A DNA stretch of 64,000 bases from Bilabrum cf. latius (taxonomy: Eukaryota): positions 806,001-870,000 of the forward strand of contig OZ237745.1 in assembly GCA_965178125.1 (NCBI GenBank). The letters are read 5' to 3'. Position 1 is the stretch's first letter. Each line of letters starts with the position of its first letter. Position numbers and translations under genes: made by a program. The notes under the pieces were generated by a model. The model saw only the letters and a list, made by a program, of their open reading frames with translations. It was not told the DNA's origin and ran no database searches. Shown in pieces: positions 61,990 to 64,000 of this stretch.

Positions 61990-64000
61990 ATGCTAAACTA
62001 GTGTCATCAAGAGAAGCATCGCGATTCGCCTGGAGCCGCCGCTGGAGCTACCGCTCGAGCCAGCAAATCCGGAGCTGCCGCCGGAGCCGCCTTCGAAGGG
62101 TGCGTCAGGACGGGCTGCTTCCGGGCGGTAGACGACGAGTCGGCCGAGGGCAGGCTGCACAGCAGCCTGCCCATGCGCGCCCTCCGGGTCGTGTACATCT
62201 GCTGCGCCGCCAAGAAGAGGAACCAGGAGGGGCGCATCGAGGACGGGATGCAGTGGCTGGAGTCTCGCGGCCTGCTGGTGTCTGGCGGAGGCGGCCTCGG
62301 CCACAAGGCGGGCCGCTGGGATTCGAGCACGCGAGGCAAAGGCAAAGGGAAAGGGAAAGGCAAGGGGAAGGCCGGCAGGGGCGGCGGCAGGGGCAGCAGC
62401 AGCACCGGCGGCCTGCAGAGGCCCCGCCTCTGCGTCGTGACGCACGCGAGCGACCCCGATCGCATGCTCACGCACTCGCACGGATTCCTGGCAGTGGGGA
62501 ACGAGAGGCTCTTCGATGGCGACGGGCACGGTGTCAGCTGCTGCAAGATGGGCAACGACTACGCGGAGGCCCAGGAGGCCGCGACGGCGGCGGCCGCCAG
62601 GACAAGGGCCGGCGCGATGCCCCTCGCCCCCGACCAGAGCAAGGCCAGCGGCGATCATCACGATGCAACGAGCGAGGTGCTCGCGGGCCTGGTCGGGTTC
62701 ATGAAGCTTCGCCTGCGGGGGCTCACCAAGTCGACAGGGCCGTTCAGGGCCATGGTGGACAGGATGCAGGGCCTGGTGGCACCAGAGCAGGCCGGCGGTG
62801 CGGAAGAGGACGCCGGCCGGGCGGAGAAGCGGCACGTGCTGGTCCTTGCCGCCCTGCAAATCGCGGGGATCAAGGACGGAGGCAGCTGCCCTAGCTGCCC
62901 CGCTCGAATCGCAGACGCGCTGGAGCGGGCCGAGAGAGCGGCGCCGGCCGGCAGCTTCGCCGAGGGAAGAAGGGTGGACGTGCTCAGGCCCATCGTGGGC
63001 GGAAACGCGCAGCCGTACGAGGCTCTGCAGCAGAAGGTCAAAGGCTCCTCGGGCAAGACCAACCGCCTCGCAGGGGACTGGATGTCACCGGGCGGGATCA
63101 AGGTGAAGGTCTTCAGGCGGGTCCTCCGCTTCTTCCTGCTCGGGGGAAGCGGGCCGAGCGAGGGGTCCCAGGGAGGTGCCGGCTCCGCCGCCCCCGGCAC
63201 TGGGGCCAGCAGGGCACGCGTCCTGGACCAGAAGCAACTCCTGGCGAGCCGCGCGTACGTGGACTTCGAGGACCCCTGGGCGCAAGACGGGGCCACGAGC
63301 CACAAGATCAGCTCGGTGTCGTGCTTCGACGCACGCGTCCTGGGGTCATCGCTGGAGCTCGAGCTGGAGGCGGAGGCGGAGGCGGAGGCGGCCGGACCCA
63401 GCTCCAGCTCCAGCTCCAGCTCCAGCTCCAGCTCCAGCTCCAGCTCGAGCGGATCTGTCGAGCCGGAGGAGCTGTCGGTCAGGGAGATACTCGGCCGGCT
63501 GGGCGACGAACCAGCGGGCGCAGACGACCGCGAGCCGGACCGGCTGGTGTGGTCGGCCAACATGATGCACACGAGGCTGCCCCACCCGGATGCCGCCAGT
63601 TTCTGGGAAGCGAAGGTTCCCTGCGTCTTCCTGCAGCTGGACAGCAGCGTCGCGGGCGTGTGGGCCGTCACCCGCAAGCAGAGCGGGCGGACGGCAGCGC
63701 CGGCAGGGGGGTTGGCGGCGGGGGCGGGGGCCGCCGCAGCAGCAGCAGGGCCGGCACCTTCGGCATCATCGTCGGCATCTTCTTCGGCAGCGCGTTCGGT
63801 CATCCCGCTGCCGCCAGAGGTGCCTGGCCGCGAGGGCATTCCTCTCGCACCGGCCTGCCGGCCTAGCGTGCAGCGCAACATCAACCGCATCGTGCTGGCC
63901 TGCGCGGCGACCAACCGCCGCTAGGTGCAGCAGCTGCTCGTGGTGCGGCTGCCGGACGGGTCGCGCGCGCTCCTCGCCGTGGCCATGGGCACGCGGGTCG
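61990..64000 (+). CDS. Hypothetical protein, truncated by the window end
   Basis: ATG 61990 (MLN[TAG]CHQEKH...) is in frame with 62173..63924, and the frame stays open after TAG 63922 to the window edge. Confidence 0.6.
63398..63447. repeat. (CAGCTC)n hexamer microsatellite encoding poly-Ser
   Basis: Direct reading of the tandem cagctc array. Confidence 0.9.

Noticed and set aside
272-64000. Mass pseudogenisation or sequencing error as the cause of broken ORFs
   Set aside because: All breaks are TAG, with no frameshifts or internal TAA/TGA. They hit conserved Gln positions in essential genes and are shared between paralogs.
1-64000. Suppressor tRNA-Gln(CUA), eRF1 or pyrrolysine machinery
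   Set aside because: I recognised no tRNA cloverleaf or such genes by eye. They may lie elsewhere, and tRNAscan-SE is needed to exclude one here.

Overview
GC-rich, very gene-dense eukaryotic nuclear DNA (protist-like; short GT-AG introns, intergenic gaps often under 200 bp) with about 24 protein-coding genes. The main signal is a non-standard nuclear genetic code. Nearly every gene is broken in the ORF track by in-frame TAG codons (roughly 100 by my manual count), and the fragments join into intact conserved proteins when TAG is read as Gln. TAG sits at conserved Gln positions (G-beta SAS-Q-DGK and LKx-Q-I, EF-hand LG-Q-xP, APC1 Hx-Q) and replaces CAG in a recent paralog pair. All 23 gene ends I could trace are TGA, and I found no in-frame TAA, so UAG appears to have been reassigned independently of UAA. 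Genes recovered: a small Tim-like protein missed by the ORF track, EBP2, GH27 alpha-galactosidase with a ricin-B module, an EF-hand/coiled-coil protein, NBR1, a histidine phosphatase, a TTC39/IML2-like protein, G-protein beta, an RNase III+dsRBD protein, a coiled-coil/LRR protein, two inverted recent copies of a 12-TM nucleotidyl cyclase, a Snapin-like protein, a secreted beta-helix protein, TM2-domain and ankyrin proteins, NAA30/MAK3, APC1, a BTB-TLDc protein and several hypothetical proteins. I recognised no tRNA, rRNA, CRISPR array or transposon. Gene models were built by eye, so the 5' ends and some splice sites are provisional.
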